From an uncultured bacterium (lineage in GTDB: Bacteria > Acidobacteriota > HRBIN11 > JAKEFK01): a stretch of DNA of 64,000 nucleotides. Numbering within the stretch: position 1 is the stretch's first letter; every line of letters begins with the position of its first letter. The notes below the pieces were generated by a model. The model saw only the letters and a program-made list of their open reading frames with translations, did not search any database and was not told the DNA's origin. The stretch is taken from assembly GCA_963777505.1 (NCBI GenBank), contig CAVZQN010000003.1, positions 544,001-608,000 on the forward strand, in the 5' to 3' direction. This document shows, in pieces, positions 32,717 to 43,056 of this stretch. Position numbers and translations under genes: made by a program.

Positions 32717-34549
32717 TTATTTCGTGTAGATCGTCAGACTATCACCAGGATGGATAGAATTCTTTGCAAGACCATTCCAGCGCTTAATGCTGCCTACATC
32801 GGTCTTAAAATTGTTGGCAATTCCAAATAATGTATCTCCTCGTTTAACCTGATAAACAATCTTTTTGTTTCCTGATTTGGACGAGGAGGTGGAGGCGATT
32901 TTTTTGGTGGAAGATGACTTTGATGATGTTTTGGACGAACTTGTACGTACTGCGAGACGTTCGCCGACTTTTAATGTGTGACGGCTTGAGAATCCGTTTA
33001 ATTCACAGATCCGCTCAACAGAGGTTCCAGTTTTAGCTGCAATGCGGAATAATGTGTCGCCGTGCCGGACCCTGTAATATTGGCTAACCGTTCCTGAACT
33101 GCTTTCAGATGGTGGATAAGAAACCGAGGAACGTCCAATAGGAATAACAACCTTTTGACCCGGAGTAATGATTCCGCCATCGAATGAATTAGCGGCAGAG
33201 ATTGATGTTTCCGAAGTGCGATAAATAGCGGCAATAGAACTCAGGGTTTCTCCTGGTTTTACTTCGTGCTTTCTCCATGTAATCCGCTTTTCTTCTGGAA
33301 TGCTGGCTATCTCAGCAAGGAACACATCTTTCTTGCCTTCGGGAACGCGGATCTCATAACTTGATACGCGCGGCGGAGTTGTCATTCGGACTAGTTCTGG
33401 ATTTAAGAGCTTAATCTCTTCGACAGAAGTACCTGCGCATTCCGCAATGAGTCGCAAGTCAATTGTATAATCGACTGGAATTGCATCATATTTTAACGGA
33501 GATTCAAGCGTTTCTGTAAATCCATACTTCTCAGGATCTTTTGCAATGATCATCCCTGCTAGAATTGCAGGGACATAATTTTTGGTTTCCAGGCGAATAT
33601 ATCGAGTACGAGCCAGATCCCAGAAGTTGGTTACTCCGGTATTTCTCAATCCATATGCGATCTTGTTTTCGCCAGCGTTATAGCCAGCCATAGCAAGATA
33701 CCAATCACCAAACATTCCGTACAGGAACTTCAGATAACGGGCTGCTGCGCGGGTGGATCTTTCAAAGTCAGAACGTTCATCAACCCACCAATCCATTTTC
33801 AGGTCATAATTTTTCGCAGTTGAGGAAATGAACTGCCAAAAGCCCTTGGCTCTTGCTCGAGAATACGCATTAGATTTGAAGGAACTTTCAATAAGCGCCA
33901 TGTATACAAGATCTTCAGGCATCCCTTCTTCTTTGAAAATTTCTTTCATTCGATCGATGTAGCGACCTGAACGAACTAATCCTCCCAAAAACTCTTTCCG
34001 GCGAGAGTTTTGCCAGACCCGGATAAACGATAAAACTGCATCGTTTACCTCAATCGGTAAATCATAGGTAACCGTCTTTAGTTCTTGTTCTACTTCCTTT
34101 TTCGTTTCTTGATCCGGAGGTGGGAAGGTATTAATTTCTTTGAGCTCATCGATTAAGGCAGGTTCAAGCGGCCTTTCTGTAAAACCATCACCTTCTTTGA
34201 GAGCCGCCATTTCGTGTTGGAAAATTTTGTTTTCCAATTCGTCTATGACAGCTTCAATTTTTGGATCAGGATCATGTTGTGATTGATAACTCATTAGAAT
34301 GTCCAATGACTTATCAAATTCATCTTTCGCTTTTTCAAGATGTCCAAGATTCAGCTCACGCTCTCCTATAAAGAAGTGTTCTCGAGCTTGAGCGATCACG
34401 TCATCTGTTGGAGATGTTTTGGCTGGTACGGTAGACTGAGCCGGTGACTTTTCCGGGGTTACTATTGCTGTAATTTTACGTACGCTGCCGCAAGCCCAAA
34501 GACCTCCAAAAAGCAAGCATATGACCACGATAGCGATTGATCGGTTCAT
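32717..34549 (-). CDS. mltD: Membrane-bound lytic murein transglycosylase D-like lipoprotein (SLT domain plus 3 LysM)
   Basis: Lipobox LWAC; ALIESSF, AKGFWQF, AGYNAGE, ETKNYVP; three LysM repeats. Confidence 0.88.
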   Translation of the reverse strand: MNRSIAIVVICLLFGGLWACGSVRKITAIVTPEKSPAQSTVPAKTSPTDDVIAQAREHFFIGERELNLGHLEKAKDEFDKSLDILMSYQSQHDPDPKIEAVIDELENKIFQHEMAALKEGDGFTERPLEPALIDELKEINTFPPPDQETKKEVEQELKTVTYDLPIEVNDAVLSFIRVWQNSRRKEFLGGLVRSGRYIDRMKEIFKEEGMPEDLVYMALIESSFKSNAYSRARAKGFWQFISSTAKNYDLKMDWWVDERSDFERSTRAAARYLKFLYGMFGDWYLAMAGYNAGENKIAYGLRNTGVTNFWDLARTRYIRLETKNYVPAILAGMIIAKDPEKYGFTETLESPLKYDAIPVDYTIDLRLIAECAGTSVEEIKLLNPELVRMTTPPRVSSYEIRVPEGKKDVFLAEIASIPEEKRITWRKHEVKPGETLSSIAAIYRTSETSISAANSFDGGIITPGQKVVIPIGRSSVSYPPSESSSGTVSQYYRVRHGDTLFRIAAKTGTSVERICELNGFSSRHTLKVGERLAVRTSSSKTSSKSSSTKKIASTSSSKSGNKKIVYQVKRGDTLFGIANNFKTDVGSIKRWNGLAKNSIHPGDSLTIYTK

Positions 34550-34761
34550 TGTCTTGTTAAATCCTCCAGTACATAAAAAAAGCCCAATACCTCCGGACTC
34601 CCATTTTCCTATTGTATTTCTAAATACTCGCACATCATACTACGTGCCTGTAGTCCTTTTCAATCCCCTAGCCTGTTTTTAGGGCACCAGGGGCTATAGC
34701 GAACTCAATTCCGTTTCTTTTGCGTTCATTCTCTCGTTTTTACTACCGCATTTGCTGGCGC

Positions 34762-36588
34762 TCAATCAACCTTCTTGAAAACGTTGTTCGTACCAGCTAA
34801 ATCGCGCGCTGAAGGCGTAATGATTGTCTTTGAATGGATCCCGATGATTTTGTTTTTTTCGAGGGCTTTTCGGACATCATCTTCACAGACGAAATCAAAG
34901 GTGCCTATCAAGTTGTTTGTCGGCCCAGGATTATGAGTTTGCGGCACAAATGGTACTGCCGGATTCGGAATGACTGTCGTTTTTGGCTCGTGAGGATGGA
35001 TCGGAAAGATTTTGTGTTGTCCTACTGAAACGGCAGGACCCTCAACAGGAAGTTGTGGAGTTTGTTGAACTGACGCTACCGTAGGTGTTGATCGTTTTGG
35101 CATTCTTTCCTCAAGAAAGAGGGCAATACGATCTTCAATTCCTTCCCGGGTTTTTACGGGGGATTTGATCGAATGTAATGACGGCGATGACGTTGCGTTT
35201 TCCGATTTAGAAACCAGGGCCTGTGCAGCCTTGTCGGCTTCACGGATTTCAAAAGCGACCCTTTTAATATTGATCAAGTGCATCGGTCCTATATTGTCTG
35301 AAGTTATGTTCCCACCGACAGCTCCGCAACCCAGGGTCATTGCCGGGTCTAAACCTGTCGTTAAACCAACCGACCCATGAGTCGAAGGGGAATTGATGAT
35401 CATCCGGAAAACAGGGATTCTAATTCCAGTTTCCACAATGAGATCCCGGCTGGTGGAATGGAACGACATCGTATGTCCCATCCCGCCAAAACGGATCAAT
35501 TTCTGGCAAATTTCAATGCCCGCATTGTAATCAGGCACCTCATACAAGGCTAAAACAGGGGACAGCTTTTCGATAGAAAGCGGATATTCCTTTCCAACTC
35601 CTTTAAGCGGTGCGATTAGAACCGGCGTATCCTGCGGCACTTGAATTCCGGCTTGAGCTGCAATGTAAGCCGCAGTTTTTCCAACAATGCGAGGATTGAT
35701 GTTAAAAGTCGGCGTAACCATGATCTTACCGAGCGCATCTATTTCCTGTTCGCTGAGGAAGTAACATTTGCGTTTCTTTAACTCGCTCAGGATCTGGTCA
35801 CGGATCGCAATTTCATAAACGATTGATTGTTCTGAAGAACAAAGGACTCCGTTGTCAAAAGTTTTACCGGTTAACGTGTCCACAACTGCCTTAGGAATGT
35901 TGGCGCTTCGTTCTATAAATGAAGGAACATTGCCTGGCCCTACTCCGAATGCAGGTTTACCGCAGCTATAAGCGAGTCGAACAATACCCATTCCGCCTGT
36001 CGCAAGAATCACGTTCACATTACGGTCCAACATTAACTCATGCGTTCCTTCCTGGCTGACATCGGTCATACAACATATGGATCCGTCAGGTGCGCCTGCA
36101 GACTTGGCAGCCTCCGACATAACTTCAGCAACGCGGCAAATACATCGTTTAGCAGACGGATGCGGACTTAAAACAACCGCATTTCGGCCTTTCAATGAAA
36201 TCAGGATCTTATATATAGCGGTAGAAGTCGGATTGGTTGAAGGAAGGATCGCGGCGACGACTCCAACAGGTTCGGCGATCATCAAAATTTTTCGGTCATT
36301 GTCTTCGCCGATCACTCCAACGGTTTTGATCGGGCGGATGAACTTGTAGACCATCCGGCTCGAAAAGCGATTCTTGATGATTTTGTCTTCTACTTTTCCG
36401 TAGGTAGTTTCTTCAACGGCGAGTCTTGCAAAGTTTTCTGCTTCACGATCTGCAGCTTGAGCAATTGCATCAATAACTTTATCGATTTGCTCCTGAGTGA
36501 ATCGCGCAAGCGCATTGGATGCATCTTTCGCTTTTTGTGCGAGCTGGCGGGCCTGTTGACGGGAAAGTAAATCTTTGTCCGAGATCAT
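34762..36588 (-). CDS. CoA-acylating aldehyde dehydrogenase (EutE/AdhE-ALDH-like), microcompartment-associated
   Basis: PSTNPTST, ILATGG, GVGPGNVP, KTFDNGVLCSSEQ, EKLSPVL, TLGCG; Pro-rich C-terminal extension. Confidence 0.9.
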   Translation of the reverse strand: MISDKDLLSRQQARQLAQKAKDASNALARFTQEQIDKVIDAIAQAADREAENFARLAVEETTYGKVEDKIIKNRFSSRMVYKFIRPIKTVGVIGEDNDRKILMIAEPVGVVAAILPSTNPTSTAIYKILISLKGRNAVVLSPHPSAKRCICRVAEVMSEAAKSAGAPDGSICCMTDVSQEGTHELMLDRNVNVILATGGMGIVRLAYSCGKPAFGVGPGNVPSFIERSANIPKAVVDTLTGKTFDNGVLCSSEQSIVYEIAIRDQILSELKKRKCYFLSEQEIDALGKIMVTPTFNINPRIVGKTAAYIAAQAGIQVPQDTPVLIAPLKGVGKEYPLSIEKLSPVLALYEVPDYNAGIEICQKLIRFGGMGHTMSFHSTSRDLIVETGIRIPVFRMIINSPSTHGSVGLTTGLDPAMTLGCGAVGGNITSDNIGPMHLINIKRVAFEIREADKAAQALVSKSENATSSPSLHSIKSPVKTREGIEDRIALFLEERMPKRSTPTVASVQQTPQLPVEGPAVSVGQHKIFPIHPHEPKTTVIPNPAVPFVPQTHNPGPTNNLIGTFDFVCEDDVRKALEKNKIIGIHSKTIITPSARDLAGTNNVFKKVD

Positions 36589-36646
36589 GCTTCGCAATTG
36601 ATCCGGCTCTAAGGCCAGATTGCGGGATTAACCCGGGCAGACAATT

Positions 36647-36964
36647 TTAGCCCAGATCCTTTTTGGCGTTTTTGTTTGCTTCCTTTAATTGTGGAAGAAT
36701 TTTTTCAACTTCACTATGCGGACGAGGTATAACATGAACCGATATTAATTCTCCAACTCTTCTCGCTGCCGCAGCCCCCGCATCAGTAGCTGCTTTGACA
36801 GCGCCTACATCACCACGGACAAAAATGGTGACATACCCGGAACCAATATATTCGCGGCCGACCATTACAACTTTTGCAGTTTTAACCATCGCATCGGCGG
36901 CTTCTACAGCTCCAACGAGACCTTTGGTCTCCACCATTCCGAGAGCGTCCATCGATTCCTCCAT
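36647..36964 (-). CDS. Bacterial microcompartment hexameric shell protein (BMC-H, EutM/PduA-like)
   Basis: [39 protein letters not shown]. Confidence 0.95.
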   Translation of the reverse strand: MEESMDALGMVETKGLVGAVEAADAMVKTAKVVMVGREYIGSGYVTIFVRGDVGAVKAATDAGAAAARRVGELISVHVIPRPHSEVEKILPQLKEANKNAKKDLG

Positions 36965-37046
36965 AAGCGATGTAAATTAACACAGAAATCGAGAATTGAA
37001 AAGCGTATCAAAACAAACTTAACCGCAAAGGCACAAAGAGTAGCTC

Positions 37047-37469
37047 TTAAGCCAGTTTCGCGTTCATCGTGATTTTGGCGTTCAAAACCCGCGAAATTGG
37101 ACAGTTTGCTTTTGCAGTATTCGCTGCTTCTTGAAATGCTTTTTCATCCCCACCAGGAATTTTTGCAGTTACATCCAGATTCGATTCTGTAATTGTCCAT
37201 CCGCTTTCAAGCTTATCGAAAGTAACAGTCGCCGTTGTATCAATCGATTCCGGCGTAATTCCTGCCTTTCCTAATTCAGCGGACAATGCCATTGAAAAAC
37301 AACCTGCATGCGCTGCAGCAATCAATTCTTCCGGATTAGTACCTACACCATTTTCAAATCTGGTGCCGAATGAATATTGAGTTTTGTTCAAAACAGTACT
37401 ATCCGTGGAAATATTTCCTTTGCCGTCTTTTAGACCGCCTTGCCAATTTGCCGATGCTTTACGTTTCAT
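37047..37469 (-). CDS. osmC: OsmC peroxiredoxin
   Basis: GTNPEELIAAAHAGCFSMALS; CPIS. Confidence 0.95.
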   Translation of the reverse strand: MKRKASANWQGGLKDGKGNISTDSTVLNKTQYSFGTRFENGVGTNPEELIAAAHAGCFSMALSAELGKAGITPESIDTTATVTFDKLESGWTITESNLDVTAKIPGGDEKAFQEAANTAKANCPISRVLNAKITMNAKLA

Positions 37470-37509
37470 GATTTCTCCTTTATCACCATTAATATATACA
37501 TAAGCTGCC

Positions 37510-38694
37510 TTACTTCATCTTTGCTTCAAAGTATGAAGGAGCTACCTGTCGCATTAAGAATTTTGGAATGAGCCCCTGTCTGTAGAAATTAATTCCGGTA
37601 CGAACAAATTTCCCTTTCCATCCAGATTCTTCCGCCTCTTCTTTGATTTTTGAAAAACGATTTAACGCTTCGCGTTCAGCCATATCAAGAATCGGGGAGC
37701 CTTGATCCCATGTTTGTTGCAGTAATCGGGTCAGCCGTGGAGTTAGCATTTTTTCGATTAGACTTCGGATTTCGATCGGCTTCATACCGGCATAAAACAT
37801 AGTTCCACCTAAAACTCCTCCGCAGTTGCTGATGAAATCAGGAACACTCAAAATGCCTGCACGTTGAAGAGCCGTCTCCGATTCCGGCATAATCGGACAG
37901 TTTGCTCCAGATGAAATTATGGCAGCCTTGATGGCTCCAACATTTTCATTATTAATGCTTTCGCCGGCTCCGCACGGACATAGCAATTCCACAGGCAAGG
38001 TTAACAATTCTTCAATCGGGATTTTTTCGGCTCCCTGAAAGTCCTTAACAAAAGCGCTACCGTGTTTTTCGCTGAGGGCAATTAAGTCCGGAACATTAAA
38101 CCCTTTGTCACAAAAGATTGCTCCTTGAGATGTTGAAACGGCAACGATTTTCGCTCCCAGTTCAGAAAGAAATAATGCGACTGCAGAGCCTACTTTTCCA
38201 AATCCTTCGATCGCTGTAGTTATACCCTGGATTTTTTTTCCAATGTGATTTGCAGCAACGAGTGCGCAGACTACAACTGAGCTGGCTGTAAAAAAGCCGG
38301 ACTGTTCGCGCGTTGGCTCTTGGACGTTGTATTCCGATGTTCTAAATGTTTGATCAATTTCCGCGCGCGTTGTGCCCATATCTGAATGAGGATAAAATCT
38401 GCCATCTTTCACAACAGGTTCAATTGCCGCACAAAACTTTCGAAGCAGGGCCAACTTTTCTTGTGGCGAACCTTCCGGATTTCCTATGACTCCGGCTTTT
38501 GCACCGCCATTTGCAATTCCAACAAAACCAAACTTCAGCGTCATTTTGTACGCAAGCGTTTGGAGTTCAGAAAGCGTAACATGCGGGCTAATCCGCAGAC
38601 CGCCGTGTGAATGATTGTTAATCATCGAATCGATGACTACCCAGCCGAAAGGTTTTCGGTCATCATCCAACGCTTCATAACAAACCTTATCCAT
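37510..38694 (-). CDS. Glu/Leu/Phe/Val dehydrogenase family protein
   Basis: GGLR, MTLK, GGAKAG, DMGT, EGFGKVG, GAN, PDFISNCGG. Likely start MDKVC. Confidence 0.85.
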   Translation of the reverse strand: MDKVCYEALDDDRKPFGWVVIDSMINNHSHGGLRISPHVTLSELQTLAYKMTLKFGFVGIANGGAKAGVIGNPEGSPQEKLALLRKFCAAIEPVVKDGRFYPHSDMGTTRAEIDQTFRTSEYNVQEPTREQSGFFTASSVVVCALVAANHIGKKIQGITTAIEGFGKVGSAVALFLSELGAKIVAVSTSQGAIFCDKGFNVPDLIALSEKHGSAFVKDFQGAEKIPIEELLTLPVELLCPCGAGESINNENVGAIKAAIISSGANCPIMPESETALQRAGILSVPDFISNCGGVLGGTMFYAGMKPIEIRSLIEKMLTPRLTRLLQQTWDQGSPILDMAEREALNRFSKIKEEAEESGWKGKFVRTGINFYRQGLIPKFLMRQVAPSYFEAKMK

Positions 38695-38803
38695 TAACAA
38701 TCCAATGTTTGTAGTTAGGCACGCAGCCGAGCGAACGCGAGGCAGTGCCGTAAAATGCAGAGAACGTGCCTTACTACAATCTGATGACGTCCGCGCTCCC
38801 TTT

Positions 38804-39604
38804 TCACTTCGGTTTAACAACGCGGAAAGCAATGTAGTATCCGGTCAAATATTTTGTAGGCCATCGTTGCAGTACTTCAAAGCGACTCATTATTTTCCCG
38901 GTAAATCGATTCAAAAAATCCCACTTCAAACTTTCGCCAATCCAAGTCAACAAAATTGCAGGAGCGCGAGGTGCATGCGCAACAGCTGTCACATCAGTTA
39001 CTTCCAAACCAAATTGTTCAAGTTGTCGTTTTCCATCTTTTACGCCGCATGTTGAACCAACAAAATATGGAACAAGGCCCAGACGATTTAACCAGTGAAA
39101 TGGCAAATGATTCCGCAGCCAGACAACAGGATTCGATGGATTATCAAGCGTTAACACCATAACACCACCTGGAGCTAGAACGCGTGCCAGCTCCGAAAAT
39201 GCTTTGGAAAGTTCACCTTTTTTTTCGAAGTGATCCAGCGATGAACCGGAAAGAATTCTGCCGATGCAATCGTTCCGTAACGCGACATTCCGCAAATCAC
39301 ATACAAGCATTCCCGAATTATGACCGTTCTGATTAAATCGATTCCTTGCAGCCTGAACCACGGACAGCGATCGATCTATTCCAATTGTTCTACCGCCTAA
39401 ATCCTTCAGCGGCCCTTGCGTGCTGACCGCTTCTTCAAACAAATCCGTTTTCAACGTAAATGAATTTCGTTCCGGAAGCCATGCAACAATTAATTTCCCG
39501 TACACATAACGCATGTAAGAACGCCAGACATCTATCGGAGCGCCCTGCCGAGTCTTTTCAGCAACTTTATCCCAGTACTTAGGATCCATTAATTCGGGGC
39601 TCAT
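38804..39604 (-). CDS. Class I SAM-dependent methyltransferase-like protein
   Basis: LKTDLFEEA, GIDRS, SSLDHF, RVLAPGG. Confidence 0.75.
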   Translation of the reverse strand: MSPELMDPKYWDKVAEKTRQGAPIDVWRSYMRYVYGKLIVAWLPERNSFTLKTDLFEEAVSTQGPLKDLGGRTIGIDRSLSVVQAARNRFNQNGHNSGMLVCDLRNVALRNDCIGRILSGSSLDHFEKKGELSKAFSELARVLAPGGVMVLTLDNPSNPVVWLRNHLPFHWLNRLGLVPYFVGSTCGVKDGKRQLEQFGLEVTDVTAVAHAPRAPAILLTWIGESLKWDFLNRFTGKIMSRFEVLQRWPTKYLTGYYIAFRVVKPK

Positions 39605-41043
39605 TATGAAAGAGCCTTTTTTTTACGAAGTTTTGGTTTGTGTCTGGTATCCGGATGCAGAATCAAAGAATGAAGTGAAGGATATTGACCGGATCCAATC
39701 GAACGATACCAGAAGGTTAACGGATTCGATGCTGAAACATCACTTTGATAACCTGCTATTGCAGCCTGAATAAACTTAATCGGTGTTACGCTGCGCGGAT
39801 CTCCAAGAACTTTTCTGCTAATTTGTGACGGAAAAATAATGTAATAAACATTAAAGAGTAAGAAGGTCCAGAGTACCAGCGCCGTGCTAACTGCGAAAGC
39901 GGGCTTGCGCCAATACAGAATGATTTCGTAAAGCCCTATCACCCAGAATATATATAGATGGGTCAGGAATCGATTTCCGAAACTTGCGCCTGGCCATATC
40001 ACGCGAAAAAAACAAATACTGCCAACAACGCTCAAAATACAAAGCGCTGCCAGAATGGCATAAGGCTTTCGTTTAATGATTCCAACGATCAGACCGCAAA
40101 TCGACAGAATTGTCACTGGTGACCATACAAAAATTCCAATTGAAGGGTGAAATCCGATGCTTCTCAGCACCTTAAACATCCGAAAATAGTCATGAACATC
40201 ATCTGTATTCGGAACTGCATAACCAGTCGTAACAAGCCCGCCATATTGCGTTGTATTGAAACATAACTGAAGTATCAGTAGAGGAATACCCCCTGCAACA
40301 ATTTCGGAAAGTGTAATCAACATGCGTTTTTTGCCGTGTTGTCGTTCGAAATAAAGAAGCCACAAAACGATCGGCGGAATTAGAAAGACATTGATGTTTC
40401 TTAGAAGAACCGATAGTCCCAAAACAAATCCAAGCAAAACATTTCGTAGATGAGATTTTTCGACCTGAGCAGGATCTTTGCGAACGGTAATGTAAAAAAT
40501 CATAGAAACGATAAAAGTATCCGAAGCGTGAATGAATGATGGCGTTGTAAAAGTATAAAAAATGAGTGGAGTGCCACAAAAAATTGCGAAACTAATTAGA
40601 TATGCTGTGGTCTTTTCTGTGCCTACATTCAGTAGCGTTTTGTACGCAACGAAAATTGACAGAAATCCAAACAACAGCGTACCGATGAAAATAGCAAGCG
40701 TATCAGTAAAGGGAAATGTCGCGTTTTGTGCGTAGGGTCTAACTGAATTGAGCGAAGGAAAGAGGGTGCTTAACGCCAGTAGCGGAGCATAGAGGAGGGA
40801 ATAGCCGCAAGAATATTGAGATGCAATGCGATTTGTTATTGGAGATTGGAATGTTCGAAGGTCGCGATACAAATGAGATTCATTTGTAAGATCAAAATTA
40901 CCATCATGAATTAAGCTCTTTGTAAGAGCGTAATAGGTAATTCCATCATTCTGGATTACTGCTCTTCCGTAAAAAAGAGCCATCCCAAAAAAGACAAAGA
41001 GAAACACTGCCGTTGCAGGCACACGACGACTCAACGCACTCAC
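39604..41043 (-). CDS. Polytopic membrane protein, GT-C glycosyltransferase-like
   Basis: NDGITYY first-loop motif, about 11 TM helices, GASFGNRF; adjacent to the flippase. Confidence 0.6.
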   Translation of the reverse strand: MSALSRRVPATAVFLFVFFGMALFYGRAVIQNDGITYYALTKSLIHDGNFDLTNESHLYRDLRTFQSPITNRIASQYSCGYSLLYAPLLALSTLFPSLNSVRPYAQNATFPFTDTLAIFIGTLLFGFLSIFVAYKTLLNVGTEKTTAYLISFAIFCGTPLIFYTFTTPSFIHASDTFIVSMIFYITVRKDPAQVEKSHLRNVLLGFVLGLSVLLRNINVFLIPPIVLWLLYFERQHGKKRMLITLSEIVAGGIPLLILQLCFNTTQYGGLVTTGYAVPNTDDVHDYFRMFKVLRSIGFHPSIGIFVWSPVTILSICGLIVGIIKRKPYAILAALCILSVVGSICFFRVIWPGASFGNRFLTHLYIFWVIGLYEIILYWRKPAFAVSTALVLWTFLLFNVYYIIFPSQISRKVLGDPRSVTPIKFIQAAIAGYQSDVSASNPLTFWYRSIGSGQYPSLHSLILHPDTRHKPKLRKKKALS

Positions 41044-42506
41044 ACTCCGGGTTCTATTCTGCGTCTATTTAAAACGAAAGAGCGCACGATTTCAATTTCT
41101 TTAGTTGTAAATTCGCCCAGTAATAGATACGCAATGATAACCACGAGTCCAAGACTGCAGAGTTTAAGAATCAAAAGTAGGCCTTCGGCATGCCAGTATG
41201 AACACGCGAAGTACATCGGTATACCGATCGCGAAGGTTCGAAGGAACGTTCCTATTGCAGGCAATGTTTTCCACATATGGTAAACAACAATCATCGAAAT
41301 AATCGCCAACAAAATTGAAAGGCATGTTGTCACGATTGCTGCTCCAAGTGCGCCAAATTTTGGAATAAATAAAAAGTGGCCAACAATTGCGAAAGGAACA
41401 CATGGACCTACAATACGAAATGTCCAATGTGGTTTTTCTGAAGCTGTAATGATTGCACTCGTTGCAGAAGAAATTGAAACGCAGAGAGCGGAAAAGATTA
41501 ACAGTGAAAGCAAAGGCGCTGTTGATGCAAAGCGATGTCCGAAGAAAAACTGAACAATTTCCAATGATGATCCCGCGACGATAGCTCCAAATGGGAGTAA
41601 AAGGACTGTAATGCGGATTGAATCCTTAATGAGTGCTTTGGCTGATGAGTGATCGCCAATTCTTAACAACCGGCTGAGGGTTGCCAGCAGTACTGGTGAA
41701 AATGATAATGCAAATATTCCTGGAAGAATCGATAGATTTTGTGCAGCTCCATAAAAACCAGCAATCGCTGTGCTGCCTCCAAGAAGTTTCAACATCAAGA
41801 TATCGAGCTTATCGAATGTTCTCATACTTAAACCAGATAAAGAAAGTGATGCAGCAATATTCCAGAAGCGGCGTGAATCAAAATCAGATTTAGCGAAAAG
41901 TGGAACTTGAATGAAGTAGCGGCCAACAATTACTTCAATACAGGATGCGGCAATACATCCCAGAATCGCGCCGTAAATCGACAGCCCCAATTGGACCAGG
42001 ATGACGATGAGAATGAATCTTCCTATCCAGCGAGCGACACTCAGATAAGCTCTTTGAGTGAAAGCGCCGATTCCAATAAGAAGCTGACGATGAGCTTGAG
42101 CTAAGCCAAAAATAGGAATGTCCAAACTGAACAGACGCAGGTAACCTGCCAGGGCTGGTTCATTCATTGCGTGTGCGATTGGGCCTGCAAGCAGAAGTAG
42201 CAAAACCATGATGAATAGGCTGAAGATCAGATAGAAGCGAGTCGTGACTCCCGCCACCGGTTTCCAGTCTTTCGTTTCGCCAACGAGCTTGATCGTAGCG
42301 CGTCCGAAAATTGTGCTAAGACTCCATTCGATCCATGCAACGATCGTGCTTGTAAGAATGAAAAGTCCAAACTCATGGGGACCAAGCCGTCGCGTAAGAA
42401 ATGAAACAATCAAAATTCCGGTAGGTAAAATCAAGAGTTCACTTGAAAGAACTCGAACGGTTCCTTTGAAGGTATGATGCCCGGTTGGCTGATCAGTCTT
42501 TTCCAT
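41040..42506 (-). CDS. Wzx-type polysaccharide flippase
   Basis: TRRLGPHEFG, DKLDILML..G.....GFYGAA, LFIPKFGALGAAI; 12-14 TM helices. Confidence 0.85.
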   Translation of the reverse strand: MEKTDQPTGHHTFKGTVRVLSSELLILPTGILIVSFLTRRLGPHEFGLFILTSTIVAWIEWSLSTIFGRATIKLVGETKDWKPVAGVTTRFYLIFSLFIMVLLLLLAGPIAHAMNEPALAGYLRLFSLDIPIFGLAQAHRQLLIGIGAFTQRAYLSVARWIGRFILIVILVQLGLSIYGAILGCIAASCIEVIVGRYFIQVPLFAKSDFDSRRFWNIAASLSLSGLSMRTFDKLDILMLKLLGGSTAIAGFYGAAQNLSILPGIFALSFSPVLLATLSRLLRIGDHSSAKALIKDSIRITVLLLPFGAIVAGSSLEIVQFFFGHRFASTAPLLSLLIFSALCVSISSATSAIITASEKPHWTFRIVGPCVPFAIVGHFLFIPKFGALGAAIVTTCLSILLAIISMIVVYHMWKTLPAIGTFLRTFAIGIPMYFACSYWHAEGLLLILKLCSLGLVVIIAYLLLGEFTTKEIEIVRSFVLNRRRIEPGV

Positions 42507-42551
42507 CGAAAATAAATTATACTGGCGCTTTGTGCCGATTCGGAGTCAGCA

Positions 42552-43049
42552 ATGTTAAAGGGTTACGCCAGGGTATTTGGGGATAATATCGATACAGATG
42601 CAATCATTCCTGCTCGCTATTGTACGTCTTTCAATGAAGATCTGGGGCTCCATTTGTTTGAGGGAGAAGATCCAACTTTTTTGAAGCGATTGAAAAAAGG
42701 GGACATGATCGTTGCTGGTTCAAACTTTGGATGTGGCAGCGCAAGAGAGCACGCACCTGTTGCAATAAAGTCCGCAGGCATTTCGGCAGTCATTGCGAAA
42801 TCATTCAGCCGCACTTTTTTCCGGAATGCAATCAACATCGCGCTTCCAGTATTGGAATTGAGTGATGCGAATGAAATTCGCGAAAATGATCTGATTGAAA
42901 TTGATACCGATCAAAATGTGATTCGTAACCTGACGAATTCAAAGGAATACATTGCGGCGCCTTTTCCTGAATACATAAAGCAGGTCATTGATGCAGGCGG
43001 CATCATCGAATTTGCCCGAAGACGGTTGGCGGAAAAAAAGAGTTCATAG
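42552..43049 (+). CDS. leuD: Isopropylmalate/homoaconitate dehydratase small subunit
   Basis: DNIDTDAIIPARY, NFGCGSAREHA, SFSRTFFRNAIN. Confidence 0.88.
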   Translation: MLKGYARVFGDNIDTDAIIPARYCTSFNEDLGLHLFEGEDPTFLKRLKKGDMIVAGSNFGCGSAREHAPVAIKSAGISAVIAKSFSRTFFRNAINIALPVLELSDANEIRENDLIEIDTDQNVIRNLTNSKEYIAAPFPEYIKQVIDAGGIIEFARRRLAEKKSS

Positions 43050-43056
43050 GAAGTTA

